Below the pieces are notes generated by a model that saw only the letters and a program-made list of their open reading frames with translations, had not been told where the DNA came from and searched no databases. 64,000 nucleotides of DNA. Origin: Chloroflexota bacterium (lineage in GTDB: Bacteria > Chloroflexota > Anaerolineae > Anaerolineales > VGOW01). Position 1 is the stretch's first letter; the number at the start of each line of letters is the position of its first letter. Of the stretch, positions 1 to 8,547 are shown in pieces. Location of the stretch: positions 9,288 through 73,287 of the forward strand of contig VGOW01000011.1 of the NCBI GenBank assembly GCA_016875735.1. The letters run 5' to 3'. The position numbers and the translations under genes were made by a program.

Positions 1-2
1 CC

Positions 3-293
3 GTGAAGACGGTGGCGATGGAATATGCTCACGCCGACGAAAGCGAAATGCAGGCCGACACGGTAGCCGAGATCAAAACCATGCTCGCCCGCTATTTGCC
101 GGGCGCCGAGTCGGCGCAAGTGAGTCTCTCGCGCCCGATGTCGCCCATCAACGCCAAAGCCAAAGGCTCGCCCACGCATCGCGTATACACCGTCGCCAAA
201 ACCGTGCGCTCGGCCGCGCACACCCTGCCCGCCTTCGCCCGCATCACCGTGAACAAAGCGGGCAAAGTGGTGAAGGTGGCGGTGTCGAAATAG
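3..293 (+). CDS. small conserved hypothetical protein, possibly 5'-partial at the window edge; paralog of 2950..3189
   Basis: The C-terminus '...RITVNKAGKVVKVAVSK' parallels '...RVTADGKGRVIKISASR' of 2950..3189. Composition is coding-like. Confidence 0.5.
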   Translation: MKTVAMEYAHADESEMQADTVAEIKTMLARYLPGAESAQVSLSRPMSPINAKAKGSPTHRVYTVAKTVRSAAHTLPAFARITVNKAGKVVKVAVSK

Positions 294-409
294 CGGTTAG
301 CAGTTGGCGGTTAGTGAATGACCGCTTCGCGTGGCGAGCGGCGAACATCTGCCGACTACTGATTACCAATCACTGATTACCGGCTTCTAACTTCCGACTT
401 CTGCCTCCT
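293..409. repeat. STRR-like short-word tandem repeat cluster (intergenic)
   Basis: The words GCGGTTAG, CTGATTACC and CTTC(T/C)(A/G)ACTT each occur twice. Confidence 0.6.
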
Positions 410-1765
410 ATGCTCCCCACTCCCGAATTCAACACCGGCCTCGGCTTCCACTACTTCCCCGACGACGCGCACTACCGCGCCGCCGATTTGCAGGCATGGC
501 TGCCCGAACTCAAGGCGCTCGGCGCGTCGTGGCTCACGCTCGTCGGATCGCCCACCCGCGCCATCCCAGAATCATTTCTGCGATCACTGATCGAGGCGGG
601 CATCGAGCCGATCATTCACATCCCCATCGCGCCCGCGCCGTACGATCTCAACGAACTGCGCACGCTGTATTTCACCTATGCCCGTTGGGGCGCGCATTAC
701 GTGGTGCTCTTCGATCAGCCGAATGTCAAATCGCAATGGGCCGCCGAGTCGTGGGCGCAGGAAGGGTTGGTGGGGCGCTTTCTCGATCTTCTGCTCCCCG
801 CCCTCCAAATCGCGCAGAATGCCAGGCTCGTTCCAGTGTTCCCGCCTCTGCGGCAGGGCGGCGACTATTGGGATATATCGTTCCTCGACAACGCCCTCGC
901 CCTCCTCAAACAGCGCAATCAACAACGATTGCTCAAAGAGATGGCCTTTGCCTTTTACGCTTTTGCCGGAAACCGCCCCGCCGATTGGGGCGCGGGCGGC
1001 TCGGCGCGTTGGCCGAAAGCACAGCCCTACAATGTGCCGCCCGACTCTCAGGATCAGCGCGGCTTCCGATCCTTCGAGTGGTATCAAGAAGTGATCACCG
1101 CCCGAACGGGCGCGCCCCGCCCCCTGCTGATGATGGCCGGGGGCGCGCGGCTGGGGGACACCGACGACTCCAACTTCCCGCCGGTGGACAATGGCAGGCA
1201 CGCTTTGTGCAACAACGCGATTCTAACGGCCATGCTCAATCGCGAACTCCCCACTTATGTCACGAACGTGTCCTTCTGGCTTCTGGCCGCCACAGAGGAC
1301 TCTCCGCACGCCAAACAGGCTTGGTATCGCGCCGATGGATCGACTCTGCTGATGGCGGGAGCGATGCGGCAGGCAGTGGCGGCGGCAACGCAGGCAGTGG
1401 CCGCCAACGAAAAACGCACCCCCGCCGGGACTCCGAAAACGGTCGGGCGCGGAGTCAAGCCCATCTTTCATTATCTTCTGTTCCCCACCTTCGAGTGGGG
1501 CGTCTCCGATTGGCATTGGGCGGCGGCGGGCGATTACATCCGCACGTTTCAACCGGCGTGCGGCTTCTCGTCCGAAGAAGCGCAAGCCGCCGAGCGGGTG
1601 ACGATTGTGGGCAACGAGCAGGGCGTGAGCGCGGATATCGAGAGCGCCCTGCGCGCCGCCGGTTGCAAAGTGGAGCGCGTGTGCGGGCGCGACGGCGAAG
1701 AGACTCACCGACACTTGAGCGAAATGGCAAAGGACGGTCGGCGGTTTTTGGAGGAGGCGGCGTGA
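410..1765 (+). CDS. hypothetical protein with a glycoside-hydrolase-like (TIM-barrel-like) N-terminal region
   Basis: A 451-aa ORF. Its stop overlaps the ftsZ GTG start (GTGA at 1762-1765). The N-terminus 'GFHYFPDD...LKALGASWLTLVG...GIEPIIHI' resembles GH-like barrels. I do not recognise a precise family. Confidence 0.6.
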   Translation: MLPTPEFNTGLGFHYFPDDAHYRAADLQAWLPELKALGASWLTLVGSPTRAIPESFLRSLIEAGIEPIIHIPIAPAPYDLNELRTLYFTYARWGAHYVVLFDQPNVKSQWAAESWAQEGLVGRFLDLLLPALQIAQNARLVPVFPPLRQGGDYWDISFLDNALALLKQRNQQRLLKEMAFAFYAFAGNRPADWGAGGSARWPKAQPYNVPPDSQDQRGFRSFEWYQEVITARTGAPRPLLMMAGGARLGDTDDSNFPPVDNGRHALCNNAILTAMLNRELPTYVTNVSFWLLAATEDSPHAKQAWYRADGSTLLMAGAMRQAVAAATQAVAANEKRTPAGTPKTVGRGVKPIFHYLLFPTFEWGVSDWHWAAAGDYIRTFQPACGFSSEEAQAAERVTIVGNEQGVSADIESALRAAGCKVERVCGRDGEETHRHLSEMAKDGRRFLEEAA

Positions 1766-2937
1766 TCAATTTGCAGACGGTCATCAAAGTTCTCGGGCTC
1801 GGCGGCGGCGGATCGAATGCCGTTGATCGCATGATTCAGTTTGGCATCGAGGGTGTGGAGTTCATCGCCGCCAACACCGACGCGCAAGACTTGGCGAAAA
1901 GCGAAGCGCGGAAGAAGCTATTGCTGGGCCGAACGCCGCGCGGGTTGGGCGCGGGCGGCAACCCGGCCAACGGCGAATGCGCCGCCGAGGAAAGCGAGAA
2001 CGCCATCCGCGAGGCCGTGCGCGGAGCCGATGTGGTGTTTTTGGCGGCAGGGATGGGCGGCGGCACGGGCACGGGCTCGATCCCGGTGGCGGCGCGCATC
2101 GCCCGCGAAGAGGGCGCGATCACGGTGGCTGTCGTCAGCACACCCTTTGCCTTCGAGGGCAAGCGCCGCAGTCAGAACGCGCAAGCCGGCATTGCCAAAC
2201 TGCGCGAGCAGTGCCATTCGCTCATCGTCGTGCCCAACGACAAACTGCTCTCCATCGTGGATAGAAGCGTGACGCTCGATCAGTCCCTGCGGGTAGCCAA
2301 CGAAGTTTTGCGGCAGGGCGTGCAGGCCATCGCCGAACTCGTCACCCGCCCCAGCGTGATCAATGTTGATTTCGCCAATGTGTGTTCGCTCATGCAAATG
2401 CCCGGTGGGGCGTTCCTCGCCATCGGCACAGGCAAAGGCGCAAACAAAGCGGTGGATGCCGTGAACGAAACACTGCGCCACAAACTCCTTGAGCCCGACA
2501 CACTGGCGCAGGCCAGCGGCGTGCTGGTTCACTTCACCGGCGGCAACGACCTCGGCTTGTTCGAGATCAATCAGGCCATGGAAATGGTGCGCCGCGCCGT
2601 TCAACCCGAAACCCAAACCGTGTTTGGGGTGATGGTGGATGAAAACATGACCGGGCTGGCGCAAGTGATTCTTGTGGCGACGGGTGTGGGCGCGAATCCG
2701 ATCCCCGCCTCCCGCCCCGAAACGGCCCGAGACGCCGCCGAACCCGACCCTGCGCCCGCGCCCGAACCGGAACCGGCGCTCGCCCGTTCGCTGTTCGCCA
2801 ACGCCGCAGGTCAAGCGCAATCGGTGAAGTGGGTGATGCCCGAAGAGGCCATTGTGGCGGGCGCTCCGGCTCCGGCGATGATCGCCGACGATCTCGATGT
2901 CCCGGCCTTCTTGCGGCGCCGCCGCGCCGGGTTGTAA
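1762..2937 (+). CDS. ftsZ: cell division protein FtsZ
   Basis: Contains 'GLGGGGSNAVDRM', the tubulin signature 'GMGGGTGTGS', and the C-terminal 'DLDVPAFLRRR'. GTG start at 1762 is preceded by GGAGGAGG (1750-1757). The N-terminal 420 aa of track ORF 496..2937 is an off-frame shadow of the upstream gene. Confidence 0.95.
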   Translation: MINLQTVIKVLGLGGGGSNAVDRMIQFGIEGVEFIAANTDAQDLAKSEARKKLLLGRTPRGLGAGGNPANGECAAEESENAIREAVRGADVVFLAAGMGGGTGTGSIPVAARIAREEGAITVAVVSTPFAFEGKRRSQNAQAGIAKLREQCHSLIVVPNDKLLSIVDRSVTLDQSLRVANEVLRQGVQAIAELVTRPSVINVDFANVCSLMQMPGGAFLAIGTGKGANKAVDAVNETLRHKLLEPDTLAQASGVLVHFTGGNDLGLFEINQAMEMVRRAVQPETQTVFGVMVDENMTGLAQVILVATGVGANPIPASRPETARDAAEPDPAPAPEPEPALARSLFANAAGQAQSVKWVMPEEAIVAGAPAPAMIADDLDVPAFLRRRRAGL

Positions 2938-2949
2938 AGGAACACGGTC

Positions 2950-3189
2950 ATGCCTCTCAACTCATCGCAACTCGACACGATCTCTCGGCAGGTCTACCAA
3001 AAGTTCCCCGACCTCAAAGGCACGCCGCCGGTGGTGCAGAGCCAATCAGCCCCCGGCGCAAAATCGCCCGGCGGCTCGGATCAGTACCTCGTGGTCTTCA
3101 AAGGCAAAACGCCGCAGAACATCGTCCGCGTTGTTCGGGTGACGGCGGATGGCAAAGGCCGCGTGATCAAAATCAGCGCTTCGCGATGA
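2950..3189 (+). CDS. small conserved hypothetical protein (paralog of 3..293)
   Basis: A 79-aa ORF starting 13 nt after ftsZ. It shares C-terminal beta-rich motifs with the 3..293 product. Confidence 0.55.
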   Translation: MPLNSSQLDTISRQVYQKFPDLKGTPPVVQSQSAPGAKSPGGSDQYLVVFKGKTPQNIVRVVRVTADGKGRVIKISASR

Positions 3190-3245
3190 GCGACGCTCGC
3201 CCAACCAAAGGCGCATTGACTCCAACGCACAGAAAGGATAAACTC

Positions 3246-3464
3246 ATGCAACGCATAGCATCTCCACAGACTATGGTATTCCATCTCATCCAACGCGCCG
3301 ATATGGCGCTCACCTCTCGCACCGCCGACGCACTACACCACCTGCTCCTGCGTTGGTGGCAAGCCAAACAACTCAAGCGATCAATTATCGAATACGGCAT
3401 CGTCGCCCTCACCGGCCTCTCGGCAGGAGCCTTGTACTCGCTGGTAACGACTTGGTTGATGTAG
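3246..3464 (+). CDS. possible small membrane protein
   Basis: The last 72 codons of track ORF 2829..3464, from an ATG. It has a C-terminal hydrophobic helix 'IVALTGLSAGALYSLVTTWLM' and locally lower GC. No homology recognised. Confidence 0.3.
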   Translation: MQRIASPQTMVFHLIQRADMALTSRTADALHHLLLRWWQAKQLKRSIIEYGIVALTGLSAGALYSLVTTWLM

Positions 3465-3492
3465 GGACTGGTTGCTCGACTCCTCTTTCGAG

Positions 3493-4728
3493 ATGAACGC
3501 ATTGCGTAAACCGCATTGGGGGCTCCTGATCGCCGCTGTGTTGGCTATTCTGGCGGGTCTCATCATCATGCCCCTCGCGCAGGTGACTGCCGCCCCCAAT
3601 TCCATTGCGCCAGGGTTCGGCCTGCGCATGGATCTGACGGTTGGCAACAACAACCCCGCTCTGCTCAACGCCGCGCAGATCACGCGCGCCGACTGGATCG
3701 CCCAGAGTGTGCAGTGGAAAGACATCGAAGCCGAACCGGGCGATTACAATTGGGCGAAACTCGACGCCGCACTGCTCGCCGCCCGCCCCTATGGCTTCCG
3801 GATCATGCTCACCGTGTCGGGCGCGCCCGATTGGGCGCGGCCCGCCGGAAGCAGCCTCAACTTCGACGGCCCGCCCGCCGACTATTCCCAATTCGCTAAC
3901 TTCATGTCGGCGCTCACCGAACGCTACGCGGGAGTGGTGGGCGCTTACGAAATCTGGCCCGAAGCGAATCTACAGTCGCGATGGTCGACAGCCGAAGGCG
4001 TATCGCCCGAACGCTATACCGAACTGCTGAAGCAGGCATCGGTTGCCATCCGCGCCGCCGACCCCATGGTCATCATCGTCGCCGGGAGTCTGGCCCCCAC
4101 CGGATCGAGTGACGGCGTCACCGTGATCGACGACCTCACGTTCTATCAGCGAATGTACGATGCCGGGGCGGCTCACTATTTCGACGTGTTGGGCGCGCGA
4201 GTCGATGGATACAACAATCCGCCGGGTGACACGGTTGAATTTAGCTCCGTCACCACCACCACTTACAAAGGCCACAGCAGTTTTTATTTCCGGCATTACG
4301 AGGCCGTCCGCGAAGTCATGGCGGCGAACGGCGACTCGGCCTCCACCCTGTGGCTCACCTCAGCGGGATGGGCGTCGTCGTCCGACCAACTGCCGGGAAT
4401 GGAATACGCGGCGGACGTGAGCGAAGAGCAACAAGCCAATTGTCTTGCCGAAGCGATGGCGCAGGCTCACAGCCAAGAATACATCGGCGCAATCTTCATC
4501 AACAACTTCAATCTTGCCACGGCAAAAGATGCGCCGCCCGAACTGGCCCCTTACGGCCTCATTCGCGCCGATTGGTCGGCGCGGCCGGCGTTCATTGCAT
4601 TGGCGCAGTTGCGGCAGGGCGATACGCTTTCCGCGCTCGTTCCCGTCACCGGCCCAACCCATCGCAAGCACATCCTTCCCAACTGGCGGCCTCGCCTGCG
4701 CTACGACTTCCACACCGAACAACCATAG
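3493..4728 (+). CDS. secreted or membrane-anchored glycoside hydrolase (GH5/GH39-like cellulase-superfamily fold)
   Basis: Signal-anchor 'WGLLIAAVLAILAGLIIMPLA'. Also 'WKDIEAEPGDYNWAKLD', 'YEIWPEANL' (NE-type catalytic motif context) and 'LWLTSAGW'. I chose the ATG at 3493 over the TTG at 3472. Confidence 0.7.
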   Translation: MNALRKPHWGLLIAAVLAILAGLIIMPLAQVTAAPNSIAPGFGLRMDLTVGNNNPALLNAAQITRADWIAQSVQWKDIEAEPGDYNWAKLDAALLAARPYGFRIMLTVSGAPDWARPAGSSLNFDGPPADYSQFANFMSALTERYAGVVGAYEIWPEANLQSRWSTAEGVSPERYTELLKQASVAIRAADPMVIIVAGSLAPTGSSDGVTVIDDLTFYQRMYDAGAAHYFDVLGARVDGYNNPPGDTVEFSSVTTTTYKGHSSFYFRHYEAVREVMAANGDSASTLWLTSAGWASSSDQLPGMEYAADVSEEQQANCLAEAMAQAHSQEYIGAIFINNFNLATAKDAPPELAPYGLIRADWSARPAFIALAQLRQGDTLSALVPVTGPTHRKHILPNWRPRLRYDFHTEQP

Positions 4729-5454
4729 ATGACGCGGCTCGCGAGCGCAATTCATTCCGGCATGGTCATTGTGTTGGCCGTCTCTGCCGTGGTTGGCGCG
4801 GCGGCCACGCGCCCGCTGTTCGAAAAGTGGCACAAGAATTGGCGAGCGTCCGCGCCCACCTCCGCTCCCCCCGCCGCATCGGTCATCACCCATGAAACCT
4901 TCTTGCTTTTGGGGTTGGATGACTTCCTGAATCCTCAGCCCCAAGTGGAAGCAGTGTGGTTGGCCATCGTGCCATCGGATGGTTCGGCTGTCGAACTCGT
5001 AGGCCTCGACCCCAAACCCTTCGCCGGGCAATACTCCCCCGCGCTCAAAAGCTTGCCGTTGATGATGCTTCAGCCCTATCTTCGCGGCACGTTATCGGGC
5101 ACGGCCATTCTTGATCGCGCTGGCTTGATTGAGTTGGCAGAGCGATTGGGCGGCGGATATTTGATGGGGCGCACAACCAACGGCGCGGGACTGCTCGATT
5201 ACATCGACTCTGCTGACCCGAACCGCCCCGACGATTTGCTGGTGAGGCAAGCGGCAGTGGTGCAAAGTCTGTTGGCGCAGGGCGCAATCGTTGGGGTGAA
5301 CTTCGATCTCCCTGCGCTGGCGCAAACCCCCAGCCACTGCTCCATCAACGAAGAGCGGATCATGGAATTGATCATGCGTTACTATCCGCTGAAAGCCGAG
5401 TTTGTTCGTGTGCGGCTCGCGTCCAACATGACGGCGTCGAACGCCGCGCCGTAA
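4729..5454 (+). CDS. degenerate LytR-CpsA-Psr (LCP)-like protein
   Basis: An N-terminal TM segment, then 'FLLLGLD...AVWLAIV', 'ILDRAGLIELAERLGGGYL' and 'DLLVRQAAVVQSLL', which resemble LCP motifs. The ATG directly abuts the upstream stop. Confidence 0.45.
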   Translation: MTRLASAIHSGMVIVLAVSAVVGAAATRPLFEKWHKNWRASAPTSAPPAASVITHETFLLLGLDDFLNPQPQVEAVWLAIVPSDGSAVELVGLDPKPFAGQYSPALKSLPLMMLQPYLRGTLSGTAILDRAGLIELAERLGGGYLMGRTTNGAGLLDYIDSADPNRPDDLLVRQAAVVQSLLAQGAIVGVNFDLPALAQTPSHCSINEERIMELIMRYYPLKAEFVRVRLASNMTASNAAP

Positions 5455-5457
5455 TCC

Positions 5458-6201
5458 TCATTCGTTGGAGACGGCGTCCCCGCGCGCAGCCCAAATCTTC
5501 ATCGCCGCAAGGGAGGCCGCCAACGATGCCATCCCCCACAACTGCGCGGATCGAATCCCGCCAACGGTGAGCAGGCTGTCGCCGCGAAAGGCCTCAAGAA
5601 AAATGCGCGCCGTCGCCGAGAGGGCGACGACCAGCAAAAAGGCAAAGCCGGGAAACGAAGGCCATCCCCGCAACTGCCGCCACACGCCCAGCACAATCAA
5701 CGCCCCGATCCATTCATAGATTTGCGACGGGTGGCGATAGTCGTCCCACAAGTAAACGCTCCACGGCAAACGCGCTGGCGATCCGAAGGCATCGCCGCTG
5801 GCAATGTGCGCCAGCGCAATGGCGGCCATCATCAACGCGATGGCCGGAGCGAGGGCATCGAGCGTGGGGCGCAGTGGCAGTTTGCGCCGCGCGCCGTAAA
5901 TGGCGGCGGCAATAATGCCGATGAGAAAACCTTCGGCGGCGGCGAGTGTGGCCGGGTTGGGGAGAATGATGCCCAGTGGGTCGGCGGCGTAGGCGCTGAA
6001 GTATCGAGCAACATACACCAACCGCGCGCCGATCACTCCGGCAATGAGTCCGGTGAAGGCAAGGCTGTAAACGGCATCGGGCTTGAGGCGCAGGCGGGCG
6101 GCTTCGCGTTCGGCCAGCGAGAGGCCAACCCACACGCCGGTGAGCAAAACGAGTCCGGGAACTTGAATGGCGAGAGGGCCGAGTTGGAGAATGGGGAACA
6201 T
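5458..6201 (-). CDS. lgt: prolipoprotein diacylglyceryl transferase
   Basis: 'RHPSQIYE', a polytopic TM profile, and an ATG at 6201 ('MFPILQLG'). The upstream part of track ORF 5458..6597 is Arg/Pro-rich shadow. Confidence 0.85.
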   Translation of the reverse strand: MFPILQLGPLAIQVPGLVLLTGVWVGLSLAEREAARLRLKPDAVYSLAFTGLIAGVIGARLVYVARYFSAYAADPLGIILPNPATLAAAEGFLIGIIAAAIYGARRKLPLRPTLDALAPAIALMMAAIALAHIASGDAFGSPARLPWSVYLWDDYRHPSQIYEWIGALIVLGVWRQLRGWPSFPGFAFLLVVALSATARIFLEAFRGDSLLTVGGIRSAQLWGMASLAASLAAMKIWAARGDAVSNE

Positions 6202-6204
6202 GGG

Positions 6205-6243
6205 GATTGCAGATTTGAGATTGAAGGTTGAAGGTTGAGAGAG
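6205..6243. repeat. heptamer array (GATTGCA/GATTTGA/GGTTGAA family), intergenic
   Basis: A 7-nt register: GATTGCA GATTTGA GATTGAA GGTTGAA GGTTGAG. Confidence 0.65.
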
Positions 6244-6260
6244 AGGGCGGAGCGCGCTGA

Positions 6261-6824
6261 TTACGGTGACTCGGCGAGGAGGGGCTCGATTTTGGATTGG
6301 AGCAGAGCATCGCTGGCCGGGCCGCCGATGACGACCGAGCGAATGAGGCCATCCCGATCCACGATGAATGTGCTGGGCAGAGCGCGCAAAAGGTAGCGGC
6401 GGCTCACCGAGCCGTCGCGGTCGAGGACGACGGTGAAGGTCAAATCCATTTCGTCCGCAAACGCGCGGGCGGCGGCCTCCGTATCTTGAATGGTGCTGTT
6501 CACTGCCAGCACCACCAGCCCGCGATCTCGATTGGAGTCGTACAGCCGTTGGAGGGCCGGCATTTCGGCGCGGCACGGCGCGCACCAACTGGCCCACAGA
6601 TTGACGACGACCACCTTTCCGCGCAGTGACGACAGGGCAATCGAGTCTCCGCTGAGCGTATCAAGGGTGAAGTCGGGCGCGGGGAAACCTTCGCGCGGGC
6701 TGGCGACTCGATCGGCGCCCGCCGATTGAACATCGCGGGTGAGCCACGTCCATGCTCCAGCGGCGAGGAGAACGGCGGCAACAAAGGCCCACCAACGGCG
6801 AGGGTCGTTTATCGTAAGTTTCAT
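6261..6824 (-). CDS. TlpA/ResA-like thiol:disulfide oxidoreductase (thioredoxin fold)
   Basis: Contains 'VVVNLWASWCAPCRAEMP' (CxxC) and an N-terminal TM segment. The ATG at 6824 overlaps the upstream stop (ATGA). Confidence 0.85.
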   Translation of the reverse strand: MKLTINDPRRWWAFVAAVLLAAGAWTWLTRDVQSAGADRVASPREGFPAPDFTLDTLSGDSIALSSLRGKVVVVNLWASWCAPCRAEMPALQRLYDSNRDRGLVVLAVNSTIQDTEAAARAFADEMDLTFTVVLDRDGSVSRRYLLRALPSTFIVDRDGLIRSVVIGGPASDALLQSKIEPLLAESP

Positions 6825-7783
6825 GGCGCGGGAGTGACGGCGAGGCTGAAGGCTTCGGCCACGATTTGGCCGTCGGCGTCCGGCGGGAGCGAAAGGCCGA
6901 GAACGTATAACGCAGTGGCGGCGGTGTCGGTAGTCACCACCGGCGACTCGAGTTCGTGATCGACAACGACGTTCGGCCCGGCGATCATCCACGAAATGGT
7001 CATATCTTCGGGGATGTCGGCCCCGTGCCGTATGCCGTGCCCGCCGTGATCGGCAGTGAGGATGATGGTGGTGTCTTCCGGCAGCGCATCGAGGATGCGA
7101 TCCACGGCTTCATCGGTCTGCGCGATGCGGGCGATGTACTTTTCCGACATCCAGCCGGTGGAGTGGCCGAAGAAATCAACGTTGGGGAGGTGGATGAACA
7201 TGAGGTCGAAACCTTTTTCGATTTCGACTATGGCGGAGTCGGCCACGCTTCGGTCGCCCTCGATGGCGAAGGTGTACGAGTCCACTGTGCCGGGCGCGGC
7301 GAACAAATCCATTTTTTGTTTGCCCACAATCATCACGGTGCGCAGCCCGGCTTCGTGCGCAGTGGCGAAGATTGTCGGCGCGAGGGTTGAGCGATTGGGG
7401 CGACGGTCGTTCCACGTGACGCCGTGCCCATCGAGGCCGTAGCCGGTGAGCATGGAGGCATGACTCGGAAGCGTGGCGGGCGGAAAGGTGGTCTGCGCTC
7501 GCCAAGTGTACGCGCCGCGATGGGCGAGGGCGATGATATTCGGCGCATCGGCTTGCAGGAGGGCATCGGGGCGCAGGCCGTCAATGGAGAGGATGACGAG
7601 GTGAGGGGTGGGAGTTGGGGTGGATGTTTGAGTTTGAGTTGGGGTGAGGGTTGGAGTTGGATTTTGAGCTGGGGTTTGGGAAGGTGAGGCGGTGGGCGGC
7701 GGGGGAGAGGCGGTTGGCGAAACGGGGGCGGCGCAACCAGCCAGTACAAGCGCAATGGCAATGAGGCAGAGTCTTCGACTCAC
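6821..7783 (-). CDS. lipoprotein, alkaline-phosphatase superfamily nucleotide pyrophosphatase/phosphodiesterase (NPP-like)
   Basis: Contains 'ILSIDGLRPD', 'TTFPPATLPSHASMLTG' and 'TADHGGHG'. Lipobox 'LVLAGC' is followed by a Pro/Thr linker. The GTG at 7783 overlaps the hlyIII stop (GTGA). Confidence 0.8.
   Translation of the reverse strand: MSRRLCLIAIALVLAGCAAPVSPTASPPPPTASPSQTPAQNPTPTLTPTQTQTSTPTPTPHLVILSIDGLRPDALLQADAPNIIALAHRGAYTWRAQTTFPPATLPSHASMLTGYGLDGHGVTWNDRRPNRSTLAPTIFATAHEAGLRTVMIVGKQKMDLFAAPGTVDSYTFAIEGDRSVADSAIVEIEKGFDLMFIHLPNVDFFGHSTGWMSEKYIARIAQTDEAVDRILDALPEDTTIILTADHGGHGIRHGADIPEDMTISWMIAGPNVVVDHELESPVVTTDTAATALYVLGLSLPPDADGQIVAEAFSLAVTPAP
7601..7680. repeat. heptamer-derived array in frame in the NPP lipoprotein linker
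   Basis: GAGTTTG/GAGTTGG words, as at 35815 and 27385. The array encodes 'PTPTLTPTQTQTSTPTPTP'. Confidence 0.45.
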
Positions 7784-8436
7784 GGCGCGCGCGGATATGG
7801 GGCGACGTACAACAACATCACAAGAAAATGGCACAAGCATCCGGCAATGACAAAGAGGTGCCACACTTCGTGAAAACCGAACACGCCCGGAACGAAGTTC
7901 ATCTTTTTGGTGACGTAGATCACCGCGCCGACGGTGAAGAAGAGTCCGCCTGCCAGCAACAACGCAATTGCGCCCGCCGGGAACAGCCGGAACATTTCAC
8001 CCCCGCCCATCACGCCGAGCCAGCCCATCACGATGTACGGCGCGGCGGAAAGCAGGCGCGGGGTTTTGATGAAGGCGATTTTAAATCCGCTTCCCGCCAG
8101 CGCCATCGCCCAAATGATTGTCAGCAGGCCCCAACGCCAGAAGCCCGTCAGCACGTTATAGCAGATCGGCGTGTACGTTCCGGCGATGAGAAAGTAGATC
8201 GCCGTGTGATCGAGTTTGCGGAGGAATTGAATGCGCGGCGGCGCGCCTTTGATTAAGTGATAGGATGCGCTCGCCATCAACAACAGAATCAGCGAAACAC
8301 CATACACGATCAACGACAGTTGTTTCAGAACGTCATCGCGGCTGATGATCACCAGCGCCGCCAGCCCGGCCACTGCCGCAATAGCGGCGAAGTAGTGGGT
8401 GAGGCCATTGACGGGTTCGCGTAAGTGTTTCCACAC
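7780..8436 (-). CDS. hemolysin III / PAQR family membrane protein
   Basis: A 7-TM profile with 'NGLTHYFAA', 'SASYH', 'LDHTAIYFLIAGTYTP' and 'HEVWHLFV'. Confidence 0.9.
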   Translation of the reverse strand: MWKHLREPVNGLTHYFAAIAAVAGLAALVIISRDDVLKQLSLIVYGVSLILLLMASASYHLIKGAPPRIQFLRKLDHTAIYFLIAGTYTPICYNVLTGFWRWGLLTIIWAMALAGSGFKIAFIKTPRLLSAAPYIVMGWLGVMGGGEMFRLFPAGAIALLLAGGLFFTVGAVIYVTKKMNFVPGVFGFHEVWHLFVIAGCLCHFLVMLLYVAPYPRAP

Positions 8437-8448
8437 GAGTCACCTTCC

Positions 8449-8514
8449 CGAAAAGCGAAGAGCGAAGAACGCCAGACGGATTTTCCGCCCTTCGTCTTTC
8501 GCTCTTCGAAAAGC
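8449..8514. repeat. inverted heptamer arrays forming a hairpin (AGCGAAG family), intergenic
   Basis: AAGCGAAGAGCGAAGAACG ... CTTCGTCTTTCGCTCTTCG. Confidence 0.65.
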
Positions 8515-8547
8515 ACAACAGTAATTGATGGGTGCTATTGTATCACT

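Noticed and set aside
496-2937. An 813-aa ORF suggesting a giant FtsZ with a 420-aa N-terminal extension
   Set aside because: The extension is Arg/Ala/Pro/Gly-rich, as expected for an off-frame read of the high-GC gene 410..1765. FtsZ homology begins at the GTG at 1762, which has a GGAGGAGG Shine-Dalgarno sequence and overlaps the upstream stop.
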